DNA from: the human T2T-CHM13v2.0 reference genome, Homo sapiens
Reading direction: 5' to 3' (one strand)
NCBI RefSeq assembly: GCF_009914755.1
Contig: NC_060926.1
DNA: 64,000 bases
A program made the position numbers and the translations under genes. Each line of letters starts with the position of its first letter. Position 1 is the stretch's first letter. Shown piece by piece: positions 1-16,102 of this stretch. The notes beneath the pieces were generated by a model. It searched no databases and was not told the origin of the DNA. It saw nothing but the letters and a program-made list of their open reading frames with translations.

Positions 1-2238
<2,238 letters not shown>

Positions 2239-2239
2239 T

Positions 2240-2342
2240 AGACCAAAGTTCCATGAAGGACTGTCCCCCTTTATATTATCATACTAGCATAGTTCTGGGA
2301 ACAGTAGTTGCTAAGTAAGAATTTGCCAAATGAATGAATAGC
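2240..2342 (+). mobile_element. L2 3' end fragment
   Basis: AAGTTCCATGAAGGAC...GAATTTGCCAAATGAATGAA resembles the L2 terminus. Confidence 0.55.
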
Positions 2343-2459
2343 TTATATGACCATATTTTGTTTGCTTAAAAACATCAGAGAAAAAAGTTAAAGGGCACAA
2401 GTACCAAAATCCTGAGCAAAAAAAGCACACACATGCACACATACACACACACACAGATA

Positions 2460-3161
2460 TATAAAAATGGCTTTAAGCATGTGGAAAATATTCAAAATTA
2501 TTCACAATGAGATAAATACAAATTAATAAAACCCAGTGACACCTTGAAATGATGATTGAAGAAAATGACAAATTATGACAACACATCCTGTTCATGTGGC
2601 TTTGAAGAATTAGTCACTTCCACACGTTGCTGGCAGAAATGCAAACAATCATTGTGTAGAGGAATTTGGCAGTATCTAACAAAACTGTAAATGAACTTAC
2701 ATTTTAAACTGGCAATGACTTGTAGGAATCCACACTAGATATACACCTTGGACAATATGAAAATACACATATACAAAGTTATTCATCGTAGCATTGTTTT
2801 GACTTCCAGAGTATTTGCAACAGACTAAACGTTCACATATAGAAGAATGGTTACATAACCTATGGTAAATCCACAAAATGCAACAAATGGGAGAACATCT
2901 CTATGTACTGATAGAGTGATTGTAAAAGATATTTTTAAATGAGAAAAGTTCTCCACCTTTCATGTTAGAAAGAAAGGGATATACAAAAATATAACTGTGT
3001 TGCTATTTTGTACAAAATAATTACAAGAAGGGTAAAATGGATACATCACACTAGTGAGATTGATTACATGGAGAAGGTGAGTAGCAATGGGGTAGAAACA
3101 AGAAGAAAATAGAATGTGGTCACAGGAATGAGGTGGTAGTGACATCTCTCCATAGATAGAT

Positions 3162-3209
<48 letters not shown>

Positions 3210-4490
3210 TAGAGATTATATATACATAATATACATTTACAGAACAGAAATGGAGATATGTGATATATATTTGCTAGAAAATATACTTATATTTCCTAGT
3301 TCTGTCTGTTGGCAAGATCTACAAGCAATGAGACTCCTCCAATAGGAAGGAATATACCTAGTACTCAAATCTTAGTTTCTAAATATGTTCTCTAATAAAA
3401 GAAACAGCTGCTTGGAGAAATATCTAGCTCTACTGCCAGGATAAGGAAAACACAAGATGAACCCACACATTGTATGGTAAGTAAGTAAATGCTCAAAATT
3501 ACTGGAAGTAAGTAAATGCTCAAAAAATAACAATAGCATGTTACAAACAACAACAATAACAACATAAAAACCAACTGGAATGAGCTCTGGATTGCCAAAG
3601 CTAAAACAATCTGAGCAACATACTAGTGAGATTATTGAATTGCAACTCGTAGATAGAATAAATATCTAAAACTGTATACTGAATAAATTACTGAATAAAG
3701 ACTCGGAGAAGGACAATGACTCCTCAAAGTAGAATACAACTTAACACATCCCTTCATTGAAGAGATAAAGAAAGTGAGAAAACCATCCTGAGGCTGATAC
3801 CACAGTGATAATTATTGCAGACAAAAGTTATCAATGAATACTAAAATTTATGGGTGTAAGTGTGATGAGAAACACAGTATTTCCTGGGTTTTATAATATC
3901 TCTTCCAAAATATTAATTCATCACCAACAAGAGGAATTTTACAGTGGAGAAACCCTGAAGATATTACCTTAAGAAAATGTTCAAGATAAACATCATTAGT
4001 AATAAAATATATCTGCACCACATATACCTTGGTATGGTGCATTGGGAAGAGAATATCATTTCTGTAGTATCATTGCCAAATAAATTTGTAATCTGAATCT
4101 TATCATGAGAATATATCAGACATATCCAGACTGAGTAACATTCTACGAAAGAGCTGACCAGTACTCTTTAAAAGTAGAAGTCATAAAAGACAAAGCTTGA
4201 GGAATGGTCACCAATTGGTGCAGACTAAGGAAACAAAAAAATACACACATTGTCACAACCTGGACTGGATTCTGGCCCAGAAAAAGGACAATAGTTGAAC
4301 AACTAATGAACTTCATATAAGGTTCTACAGATCAGTTAAGAATACCAATGCTAATTCGTGGTTTCCAAGTTTGTATTATGGTTACATAGTATGTTAATAT
4401 TGAGGGAATCTAAGTGAAGGTTATGTGGAAATTTCCCACTATTTTCACAACTTTTCTTTAAGGTTAAAATTATTTTAAAGGGTTAATTAA
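2460..4490 (+). mobile_element. Old L1 3' fragments (L1ME/L1MC4-type)
   Basis: GTTGCTGGCAGAAATGCAAA, TTTACAGTGGAGAAACC, CCTGGACTGGATTCTGGCCCAGAAAAAGGAC and terminal ...GTTAAAATTATTTTAAA; probably more than one element. Confidence 0.72.
3152..3215. repeat. (GATA)n tetranucleotide microsatellite
   Basis: Directly visible GATA array. Confidence 0.97.
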
Positions 4491-4765
4491 AAAACAAATA
4501 CTTCCAGTGAAAATGGCTCAGTAAACCATCGCAACTGGATAAAGCAATCCAGGACAAGTATTAGATTAGGCCTGTAGCCTTCCCATTGAAGTTCATAGTC
4601 TTAAGAGAGTCTTCACAAAGAATTTAAAGTTAGGGATGTGAGAGCAGAAAAATAATTTTTAAAAATGTAACTATAAGGAAATTTGGATCTGGTTATTGGC
4701 ATACAGAAATGCCTTGAAGCAAATATCACATATCTTCTAACTTTTGTAGAGAAATCGATTACGAG

Positions 4766-5371
<606 letters not shown>

Positions 5372-5550
5372 ATAGATGGGATGACTTAAACAGTGAAAGT
5401 TTATTTCTCACTGTTCTGGAGGTTGGCAACTTCAAGACCAAGGCTGCAGCACTTTCGGTGTCTGGCAAAGGTCTGGTTTTTTTGTTCCTAGATGGTATCT
5501 TCTCTCTGTGTCCTCACATGGTTGAAGACACAAGGCAGGTCTCTGGCATC
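5372..5550 (-). mobile_element. MLT1A-like MaLR LTR fragment
   Basis: TTTATTTCTCACTGTTCTGGAGGTTGGCAACTTCAAGACCAAGG...TCTCTCTGTGTCCTCACATGG is the antisense MLT1 3' half. Confidence 0.8.
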
Positions 5551-7739
5551 CCCCATCTATGGTGTTTTGGATGGCAGCTCAAGTAAAGTAGGTCCAGGGA
5601 AACTGAGTCTGGATTCAGAGCCTAAGATTACTGAAAATTCTGCTCCCAATTTTTCACTAGAAGGAGGGCTGGTAATACTATGGTGGGCCTAGGGAAGGCA
5701 TGAACACACTTCCGATGTAGCCATGGAGGATAATAGAAAACAAAAGGAAGAGCAGATCCAGGAACCATGAGAAACATGACCAGAAGATGTAGCTTCTCCC
5801 AGAGGAAGAGTCAGGGCTCCTCTCTCCTCAGTTTTCCTGCTCTTCCCCTCCAGATTGTTCACTGATGCCCAAGACATCATGGTGGCTGCTAGACAAGTGA
5901 CTCATGAACAGCTTTATTGTACACACACTGTGTATGGTGAGAGAAGCTACAATCACAAAGCATCAGTGGCTGAACTCAGTAAAGGTGTGTTTCTTGTCCG
6001 TATCATAGAACAGTGTGTGTTATGGGAGGGCCCCTACTTCACCCATTCATTGTCTCCACCATACCCTGGAACCTCCACTGGGTCCATTGCCGCTGCCCAG
6101 GAGGACAGTGAGCAGCATGTGTGGACGATCCTGGAGAGGTTTGAATGGGTCAGGCCTGTAAATGACACTGACCACTTGTCTCTCCAACAGGTCACTGACC
6201 AGAGCTCAGTCATGTGGACTCACCCAACAGGAGTGTTATCCAAGTGCCCTGTTTGCTGAGCATCTACCTGTTTCTCTCCCACACACACATCCTGGTAGAA
6301 GGATGGGGATCCTGACATACTCACTTAAAAGTTCGAAAGCAACTTTTTAAATTAAAAAATATATTTTTGAAATATATTTATAGTAATACACATAAATCTG
6401 GTTCATTTACTTACACTTCTCTAAAATATCTCAGGGTATAAATAAAAAAGTTTAATTCTTTATAGGTGAGAAAATTGGTTATTTTTCAATTTCTAGCTAT
6501 TATAAGCAAGGCTGCAATGAACATCATTTATATATCCTTGTGGCCATATGGGAGCATTTTATTTCTATAAATGAATTTGCACACAAAAAAATACTGCAAT
6601 ACTGTGTCACATGGATGATGGCATACATATAGACTAAAGATATTCTACAATGCATAATAATCTCACATACTGATTTCTTAATAGCACTCCAAGTAGAAAA
6701 GTAGGAACAAAGGAAGAGGTGGTGAAAAACTAAGCTAGAATTTTAACATTGTATTTTTAAATTTAAAAATAACGAAATATGACAAATGGTTAACATATGT
6801 TTAAGCTGAGTGATGGATATCTGAGCCTCAGTTATTTCCGGCATGTTTAAAGCATTCAGTAATTAGAAAAATGTACTGCCAGCTGAATTTTAGCCATTTT
6901 AACAATTGTTGACCCTGTGTGGTCTCATCAGATGAGTTCTCAGACCTACACACCAAATCTCTCTTCACCAAACTTTAGGACCCATTTTTCACATTTCATT
7001 TGCAAATTCTCATTGCAGCCCCTTGCTTGACCTTCAAAACCAGCATGACAGGCTTAGGCATCCAGGGACCTATTAACTAACCATGTCTTTAATTTCTGTG
7101 CCAGGAAACAAGCTTACAGGAGACATTTCCTAGCCCTAATGTTCGATTTCTAATGCACACAGCTGGAACACAAAAATTGAAATGTGCCAGGATTTGGCTA
7201 ATTGGGGGCACAACAGGTATAATTCAATTGTGTGCTCAGTTTTATAGCCTCTATTTTTGGAAGGCAATGAATAAGTAAATAAATAAAGGCATAAATGCAG
7301 TGTAAAAACCCTGTGATAATGTTATCCCGTCAATTAATTATGAACCTTTCAATACAGCTTCCTCTCTGTGAGCCTTGAAACCCTGAATTTCATTACGGCA
7401 TCAACAAGAGTTTTCCCTTTTCTATTTAATTAAGTTTACTTTTCGATTTAGAGCCGATCACACGGACAAATGCTGTAATTCACTTGGAGGTCCACATTTC
7501 ACTTTGCATTTATCCCCTTCTTGCTTTTGGGAATTTGTTGTAAGAAAATTGTCCAAGGGTGGATAGGCCATGCAAAAAAATGCTTAGGGGAATATCAATG
7601 AGTCAAACTTGACTGGGAAATATTTCCCTGCAGACACCAGCCTCCATTTCCCCATAGGGCACCAGTGGATTATTCTGAGAAGCTAACTCAGCACGGTCAC
7701 TTTCCTCTAGTCCCATATATTATATTAGAATATCTATGT

Positions 7740-7880
7740 ACATTATGCAAAATCCTCATAACAATCCTGCCTAACAGATATCAGTATCCTCATTTTATAG
7801 ACAAGAACATTGAGGCTAACAGAGGTAGCAGACACAGAAAGGAAACACAGGTTTGTTTGACTCCAAAGCTGCTGAGCCTA
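7740..7880 (-). mobile_element. MIR
   Basis: CCTCATTTTATAGACAAGAACATTGAGGCT core. Confidence 0.7.
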
Positions 7881-8564
7881 CCCCTACCCCACACATCACC
7901 TAGCTCATTTTAGGGATGTAGAAACAAATTTATTGTGGAACCAAAGCAAGGCAACCAAGAAATACAGCATTAAATTTCTTTTAATATAATAGATGCTGAA
8001 TTTCCGCTAAATTAACATGTAATTAACTTTAGGCTAGGAGAATACAAGATACCAGTTAAAAAGTGTTTTTTTAAAGGGTCTGATGGTAGGATAAAAGACA
8101 TTTTACCAGTTCAACCACCCCACACAAGGCCAATGTCCTACACTGTCAAACTTGCACAGTAGAATTTCAGGGGCCCAAGGCAAATCACTCACATCTTTCA
8201 AGATCCCCTTTATTCCAGTAAAGAACAAAGTCCTTCATTCTACTGAGGAAGACAAACTCAAATGCAAATAATTTGGAGAGCAACAATACAAATTCTTTAA
8301 TAGTTTACCCCTTAACCAAGCTTTAATGTAGACAGTTAGAAGAGCAAAAGAATACTCCTCTCTTTTGGGGGAAAGGAGAGGAAACATGACATCCTCATGT
8401 TCTCATCCTGCCACTGCCTAGAAGGATTTTTGGATTCTTCTTTTACATTGAAGTAGACATCTCTGAGATTAGCACAAATTTATCCTTAAATGTTTCCAAA
8501 TGTCACAGCAAAAGTCCATCCAAAGAGTTAAAAAAAGCTTTGGCATCTGATGAAAGTACAAGAG

Positions 8565-8566
<2 letters not shown>

Positions 8567-8602
<36 letters not shown>
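8567..8602. repeat. (TG)n microsatellite
   Basis: Directly visible. Confidence 0.97.
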
Positions 8603-8604
<2 letters not shown>

Positions 8605-8989
8605 ATGCACAGACTCTTTATTACACTTTTGAAATCAGGAGATAGTAATAGTTTTACCCTCTGTCAGTGGGTGAGGAAAGGGCTGAAGACCCCAGGTGTC
8701 TCTCTTTGCTGGCTGATGACGCCAGCCACTGGTGCTGAAAGAATATAAGAATATACAGGGGCAGAGTGGAGGCTCTAAATTACAGAGAAGACACCAGGAC
8801 ATCCTCTTTCCGAAGAAACAGATAATGAGATACTTACACCTGGTTCAGTCTGATTCTATTATCAAAACATTTAAAAAACCCGCAGTGTATAAAAATGCAA
8901 GTACAGAGAATCTTCCCACGATATATCCCACGTAACTTTTGCACTCCATCAGATAGCACCTTAGTCTGCTGTTTTACCCCAGCCATTGC

Positions 8990-9470
8990 TCTGCCAGAAA
9001 GCTATACTGGTGCACCCCGATAGCACCTCCACTTGGGCGTACTAAGTCTACCACCTTTCACTCAGGGATTTCTATGCCTCTACATGAGATTTCTTCACGA
9101 ACTCACTTGGCCATTATGAAAAAAAAAAAAAAACTCAAAGTAGAAGGACAAGGGTATTATCAATCCATGGGCTGACTTTCCACCAAAGGAAAATGAAAGC
9201 TAGTATATAAGTGTTCACCTTTTCTACCTCTGGTTGGACAATTACAGATTTATTAATCACAGCTTTCCAGAAAGACCCCAAAAGAATCAAATCCTAGTTG
9301 TTGACAGACAGTGGTGATCAGCTCTGTCATGTCTTCTTGGACTGGCTTTCCTTCTTCCCCTATCTTACTTGTCCCAGTACTCCATTCCTGTGCTTTGGGA
9401 CCAATTCCCAAAATAAACCACAGGCATGTATATATGCTCTGCTTTTCCCAGAACACCAGGCTAAGGCACA
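8990..9470 (+). mobile_element. ERVL LTR16-like solo LTR
   Basis: TGGCTTTCCTTCTTCCCC...CCCAAAATAAACCAC...CTCTGCTTTTCCCAGAACACCAGGCTAAGGCA is a typical LTR16 3' end. Confidence 0.65.
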
Positions 9471-10391
9471 TGAGATGTCAAACATACCATAGCTTCTCAT
9501 TGCACATTGAATTTTGTTTTTAAAATTGGTGGTGTTTTTCTTACAGTGAGGAGCAATTTTCATATCTAGCCAAACTCCACTCAGCTGGAAAGTTGATAGT
9601 TGCAATTATTTGAAATATCTTGCCTCCCATCCTGAAGGTAAGCATAAACATTGAACAATTCCCAGTAGAGCTTTGCCATATGTCTAATGTCAGAAGAAAG
9701 CTTTCCCAAGTGAATTTCCTCCTCCTGTAAATGTGCCCACACTTGCAACTCTAATACTGTATTACCAGGGCTTTCTCTCCATTATAATTTTTAAAATGAT
9801 GTAGCTATATGCCCATTCGGCCTTCTGAATACACAGCTTCAAGTTGAAAACTTGGCCTGGCTCTGTATTTTCTTTTTTGTGTGTCAGGTCATCAGCAAGC
9901 CCATCCCCCTGGTAGCACTAGAAGGGTGATTAATGTATGTTATTTCTACAATTAGGACTTAATGTTCCCTTACGTGATTTGCTCTGTTAGTTCTGGATGG
10001 GTTACTTTTGTTTTTATACTTTCTCACGACTGATTTGTATTTTTACGAGTCTTCTTTAAGACAGTGTAAAACAGAGCTGGCAGGAAGAAAATTACTACAA
10101 GATAATATTCAAATTACATCCTGATGTGTATACTTTAATTTACAAAGGGGAGGACAAATATTCATGAGGTGCTTTTCATGTTAACGGCAGAAAGGTCCCT
10201 GCATATTTGCAAAGCCAAAATCTTTTACTTGCCTAGAGAGCCCTCAAATAAAATGGGCTTTGACACCCAACTGTGCATGCCCTCTGAGATTCTCTGGGGA
10301 CCTCTAAATTTTTAAGTGGTTTATCATGGTGTTCCTGCAGGAGGCATTATTTCTAATAATGAAATTGATGCATTATCACCTGGTTCCATAA

Positions 10392-10771
<380 letters not shown>

Positions 10772-10940
10772 GGAGCCATCATATCTAACATAAAAATTTG
10801 CACTTGCATCAGTGTACTTTTTAAAAATGAAAGAAGTAAACTTTAAAATAAATATACTATCTATAACAGGTAGGTAGAAATTTTTATTTGCCAACCTGGA
10901 AATGTGCCACTTTCTGTGTTTGCAGAATGATTTAACAAGT

Positions 10941-11572
10941 CATATTAGTCAGGCTTCTCCAGAGAAACAGATCCAATGGGACATGGAGATAGATAGAGAT
11001 AGAGATAGAGATAGAGATAGAGATAGAGATAGAGATAGAGATAGAGATAGAGATAGTTGGAGACAGAGCTAGAGGTAGAGACAGACAGTGACAGAAACAG
11101 AGACAGAGATAGAGGTAGAGACAGACAGACAGAAACAGAGATAGAGATAGAGATAAAAATAGAGACAAAGATGGAAATAGACACAGATAGAGATTTATGA
11201 TAAGGAATTAGCTTACATGGTTGTGGAGGAGGCTGGCAAGTCCAAAATCTGCAGAGCTCATGCCCCACTTCGAGTAGTAGTTCACCAACTACCACAGAAC
11301 TGGGAAGATCTAAGGTTCCCACTTGGAGGCCCTCAGCAGGAAGATCTCACTTACTTGGAGTGGGGGAGGGTTTGCATTTTGTTCTATTCAAGGCTTCAAC
11401 TGATTGAATGGAGCCCACCAACATTATGAGAGCAATCTGCTTTATTCACTCTACCAATTTAAACATTAGTGTCCTCCAAAAACACCCATGTAGAAACATC
11501 CAGGGTAATGTTTGTGAAAATATTTGGGCACTCTGTGGCCCAGCCAAGTTGGCAGATAAAATTAACCATCAT
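10941..11572 (-). mobile_element. MLT2 (ERVL) solo LTR
   Basis: TATTAGTCAGGCTTCTCCAGAGAAACAGA...GGCCCAGCCAAGTTGGCAGATAAAATTAACCATCA. Confidence 0.9.
10986..11193. repeat. (GAGATA)n hexamer array decaying into GAGACA, inside MLT2
   Basis: Directly visible. Confidence 0.93.
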
Positions 11573-12515
11573 TCAAGTCAACCTCTGCTCTGCAGTGGAG
11601 GATCATACCAATTCTCTGCTTCTCAAATTTCATAAGATGAAAAACAACTGGAGAAAAGTATGCCAATCTCAAATTCATGATAATATGACTCAAAAATTAT
11701 CACAGCTTTTCTTATTGTCTAGCACTAAGTGTTCTCGATTATACATGGCAGGGAAACTAAGGTGTGTTATCATAAAAGACATATCCAAGATGAAGTGTGT
11801 TAAAAGGCTGTGCTATTTATATGAAACTTCATTAATGGTTGTGGTATGAAGATGGAACTTCTGGTCACTAATCTCTGGGCTTTACCTCAAGGCAAGCTCA
11901 ACCTTACTACAAGATCGGAGAGGGGTGAGAAGTATAAATTAGGTTGGGTCCTACCCAGGATGTGGTTTTAACAGTAGGGCTTGATTTCTAGCCAAAAGCC
12001 CATATCACACTGCACAAAGCAGATGAGGTGAACTAGGACTCTTAATCTGAGCCAGCATTTGTAACCAGAGGATTAATATCTGACGTGTTAGGAGATTGTA
12101 GAAAGAATTAATACAAACTGCCATCTTCAATGTCAGTGTTGTGGTCCAGGCCAGTGGTTCCCATATGAAATAAGAGGAAAGAGTAAAGCTGATGGAATAA
12201 TTGGAGATGCAAAAGCCAAGAACAATGTCTAGATCTTAGACAAGTAAATTGAGTCAACCCCAGAGGTAAATAAGAGATTAATCATAAAACCAGAGAAGAA
12301 GCCAAGTAACACAAAGCAGGGCCACTGGAAGGCTGCAGTATATTTGGCATAAACACACCAGAATGTCACAGATTGTAAGTGTAGAGTAACCCAACTAAGT
12401 TCAGAGCCCACACATGCATAGGTCCAAGTCTGCTAAAACACTGCCAGACTTGGCAAATTCTGTGTGAAGACAAGTTTAAGTGTGAGTTTGCTTGGAAAAC
12501 ATTTCCACAGGACCC

Positions 12516-12688
12516 TAGAAGTAGCTTTACAAAGTCAATGAAGTGCAAGCTTCAGGGCTGCTCAGTCGCATGGGCTACTTCCAAGGCCCTGTACCTATTT
12601 TCAAATGTATTATGCTATATTTTTTCTTTACACAAAGGATCCCAAACTTAACAAACTCTGGATCTCACAAAACTTGGATTCACTCCTG
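12516..12688 (+). mobile_element. Non-autonomous hAT-Tip100 DNA transposon (MER69A/Arthur1A-like)
   Basis: AATGAAGTGCAAGCTTCAGGGC...TTCCAAGGCCCTGTACCTA...CACAAAACTTGGATTCACTCCTG; family name from memory. Confidence 0.6.
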
Positions 12689-13229
12689 CTGAGACCCTAT
12701 CAAAGCTCTTGAGTATAATCTGCAGTTTTCAGCTTTATCAGACCATGCACAACCCTTCCTGGGATCTGTTTGTGTATGGATCCTTCATAGGGAAGGTTTA
12801 ACTTTTTACAGCATAAAGGGAATCCCAAAGCCTCATGGAACAAGATCTCATTCATAGCTCTCATATTCACAGCTTTAGACATTTATCTCAACTGAAAAAT
12901 CCAACAGAAATAAGCTGTAAAATTGTACAAGTATTTTCCAAAATAAGGCAACTTTAAAAAAGGAGCCAATGCAATTCTATTTGTAGATAAGTATTGAAAC
13001 AAGTCAGTAGAAACATAGAAAGAAACCAACTACTGTAGTTGACAGACACTAAAAATTCCTGAGCATCTCATCAAGTAAATGGTCCTGGAACTGGACACAT
13101 ATACCTAGAGTGTAAGTCAAGGGTAGCAGCCTACTAAATACTAACAGGCAAATAATATGATGAGGTAACCCTGAAGTGCAAATTATTTCCTAATATCTAA
13201 TGTCATAAACATTAATAAGAGGGCAAAAG

Positions 13230-13348
13230 CTGAGTGTGCATCTATAGTACCAGTTACTCCAGAGGCTGAGGTGGTAGGATAACTTGAGCCCAGGAGTTCA
13301 AGTCCAGCCTGGGCAACATAGCAGGATCCAATTTATTAATAATAATAG
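13230..13348 (+). mobile_element. FLAM (free left Alu monomer)
   Basis: GAGGCTGAGGTGGTAGGATAACTTGAGCCCAGGAGTTC, (TAA)n tail, TSD TAATAAGAGGG(C/A)AAAAG at 13213-13229 and 13349-13365. Confidence 0.88.
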
Positions 13349-14116
13349 TAATAAGAGGGAAAAAGTAACGCAGTAAAAGTGTCAGCAAAAATATACTCAT
13401 TAGTGACAACAGGCAAGAAAATTAGATATAATGTTATCACTTTTAAAAGTTAGAGCCACAGAAACAAACATAAAATTATTGCATGATTGCACAGCCTAGA
13501 AATTCCTGCACACTCCTCTGTCACCTTCTCCCAGAATAAGAATGAGGAAAGAAGCTGATATAACAAAATCCTGAGAAATTGTGCTAATATTTCTCAAACC
13601 AGAGAGAATTGGACTAAAGTGGAAAACTAGGCTTATAGGTAAATAGTTTTGATGTTAATTAATACAAAATATATAAGGAGGTGATGAAGAGGAGATGCAA
13701 AAAAAAATGGATCCAAGAGGTACAGAAAAAATAAATACAGAAAATAATTGTCTGCAAAGTAACAGTGCTGGAAAACATTGGAAAATTGTAACATTTTGAG
13801 GAAAAGACAATGTAACTTTGGAGATAAGAATCATGGTTCTAGGCCAGTGGTTTTCAAAGTGTGGTCCCTACATTTTCTGGGGGATCCCCAAGACCATTTC
13901 CATGTGTCCTTAAGGCCTAACCCCTTTTCATCTTAGTACTTAAACATAATTTTCCTTTTTAACTGAGTTAACATTTGAATTGATGGTACAAAAGCAATAG
14001 CGGTCAACCGTAGGCGACCCCAGCCATATCAAGACAGTCACATAAAACTGTGCTAGTACTTATTGTATTCCTTATCACATGTTCACAGGAAACAAAATTA
14101 GAAAAGTCTGGTTTCA

Positions 14117-14411
<295 letters not shown>

Positions 14412-14880
14412 AAGTCCAGTTTTATTCATATCTTGAGTGAGGCAATAAATATTAATTATAATAAGTTTCAACCTTTACATAGAATTTTGTCATTATTCTG
14501 TCTGATGAAGTGGGAGGTATGAAAGTAGGAAGAGTATCCTGAGAAAACAATCAAAAAGCTGTGATTGTTCGAATTGCAAGCTGAACTAGCTGAATTTTTC
14601 ATGAAACACCACTTTCACTTGAAAAATTATGAACACAGAAACTATGGTTTTTCAAACTTGGGTATTTGGCCAACACTTTCTTACAAATAACCAAAGTAAA
14701 ACCGTTGCTTTAAAGAAAATAGCTGGCAATCTTTGTTGCAAGTGATATAATGCAAACTTTTATGTGAAAATTAAAATTTAGGAAAATTTGCGTTTGCCAC
14801 CATGAGCTTGTCACATTTTCAATATTAAAAGACTTTTCTGTTTAAATCAGTGGTGATAATAACAAATATGATTTGATGGC

Positions 14881-15248
14881 TGTTATGGTTTGGCTGGGTC
14901 CCCACCCAAATCTTATTTGGAATTGTAGCTCTCATAATTCCCACGTGTTGTGGGAGGGACACAGTGGGAGGTAATTGAGTCACGGGGGCACGTCTTTCTC
15001 ATGCTGTTCTTGTAATAGTGAGTAAGTCTCACAAGGTCTGATGGTTTTATAAAGGGGAGTTCCCCTGCATATGCTCTTTCTCTTGCCTACAGCCAGGTAA
15101 GAGGTGCCTTTGCTCCTGCTTCGCCTTCCACCATGATTGTGAGGCCTCTCTAGCCATGTGGAACTGTGAGTCAATTACATCTCTCTTCTTTATAAATTAC
15201 CCTGTCTTGGATATGTCTTTATTAGCAGCATGATAACAGACTAATACA
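14881..15248 (+). mobile_element. THE1 (THE1B/C-like) MaLR solo LTR
   Basis: TGTTATGGTTTGGCTG...CAGACTAATACA; 5-bp TSD ATGGC/ATGAC. Confidence 0.93.
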
Positions 15249-15777
15249 ATGACATTATATAGTGAAATGTGTCGACATTGAGAAGATACGATATAATTCA
15301 GTGAACAATCATTCCAAATAAGCCCTGCTTGATAACACAAAATCAAGCATGAGAAAAGATCCATTCAAAGTGCAAGACAGACCTACTTTTAATGTCACAG
15401 GAGAAAAAGTTCATTGTTTTTAGATTCCACACTGCAACCACCTTTAAGAAATTCCCACTTGTCACACTTTTGTATGGTATCAAAGAGGAATGCTAATTAT
15501 CTGAAAAGGTATTATAATACAGCTCTTTTGCAAGTACATATCTGGGGAAAGATGGATTTTCTTCCTATACTTCCACCAGAACAACACATTGAAACAGACT
15601 GAATTCAGAGATGAGAGAATCCACCTCCATTTTATTAAGGCAGCATTAAAGAGATTTGAAAAAATGTAAAGCAATGCCATTCTTTAAATTAATTTTCTTT
15701 TTGTTTTGAAAAATATAGGTTTAAAAAATAAAATATTTACGCTAACATGTTATAGGCTTTATTGTCATTAGTCCATG

Positions 15778-16102
15778 AATATATATATAAATATATATAA
15801 ATATAAATATAAATATATATAAATATAAATATATATAAATATATATGTAAATATATGTAAATATATATAAATATATATATATAAACATATATAAATATAT
15901 ATATATAAACATATATAAATATAAATATATAAAAATATATAAAAATATAAATATATAAATATATATAAATATAAATATATAAATATATATAAATGTATAT
16001 GTATAAATATATGTTATATATAACATATAATATAATATATAAAAATATATAATATATAAATATATATATAAATATATAAATATATATATAAATATATATA
16101 TA
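15778..16102. repeat. Interrupted (TA)n/(TATAAA)n AT-rich tract
   Basis: About 325 bp almost only A/T. Confidence 0.96.

Noticed and set aside
5580-6200. Possible exon or LTR (134 aa ORF 5855-6259)
   Set aside because: No recognisable protein; CTTTATT and composition hint at an old minus-strand LTR but I cannot assign a family
10932-11322. ORFs with (IS)n and (YL)n repeats
   Set aside because: Translation of the (GAGATA)n microsatellite in MLT2
12516-12688. Possible MER53/miR-1302-type hairpin
   Set aside because: Lacks the TTGGGACATACTTAT core and the long palindrome; better matches a MER69A/Arthur1A-like element
14520-15680. Possible domesticated ZBED5/Buster-like transposase gene
   Set aside because: Frameshifts, stops and a THE1 insertion disrupt it; it is a Charlie1a fossil
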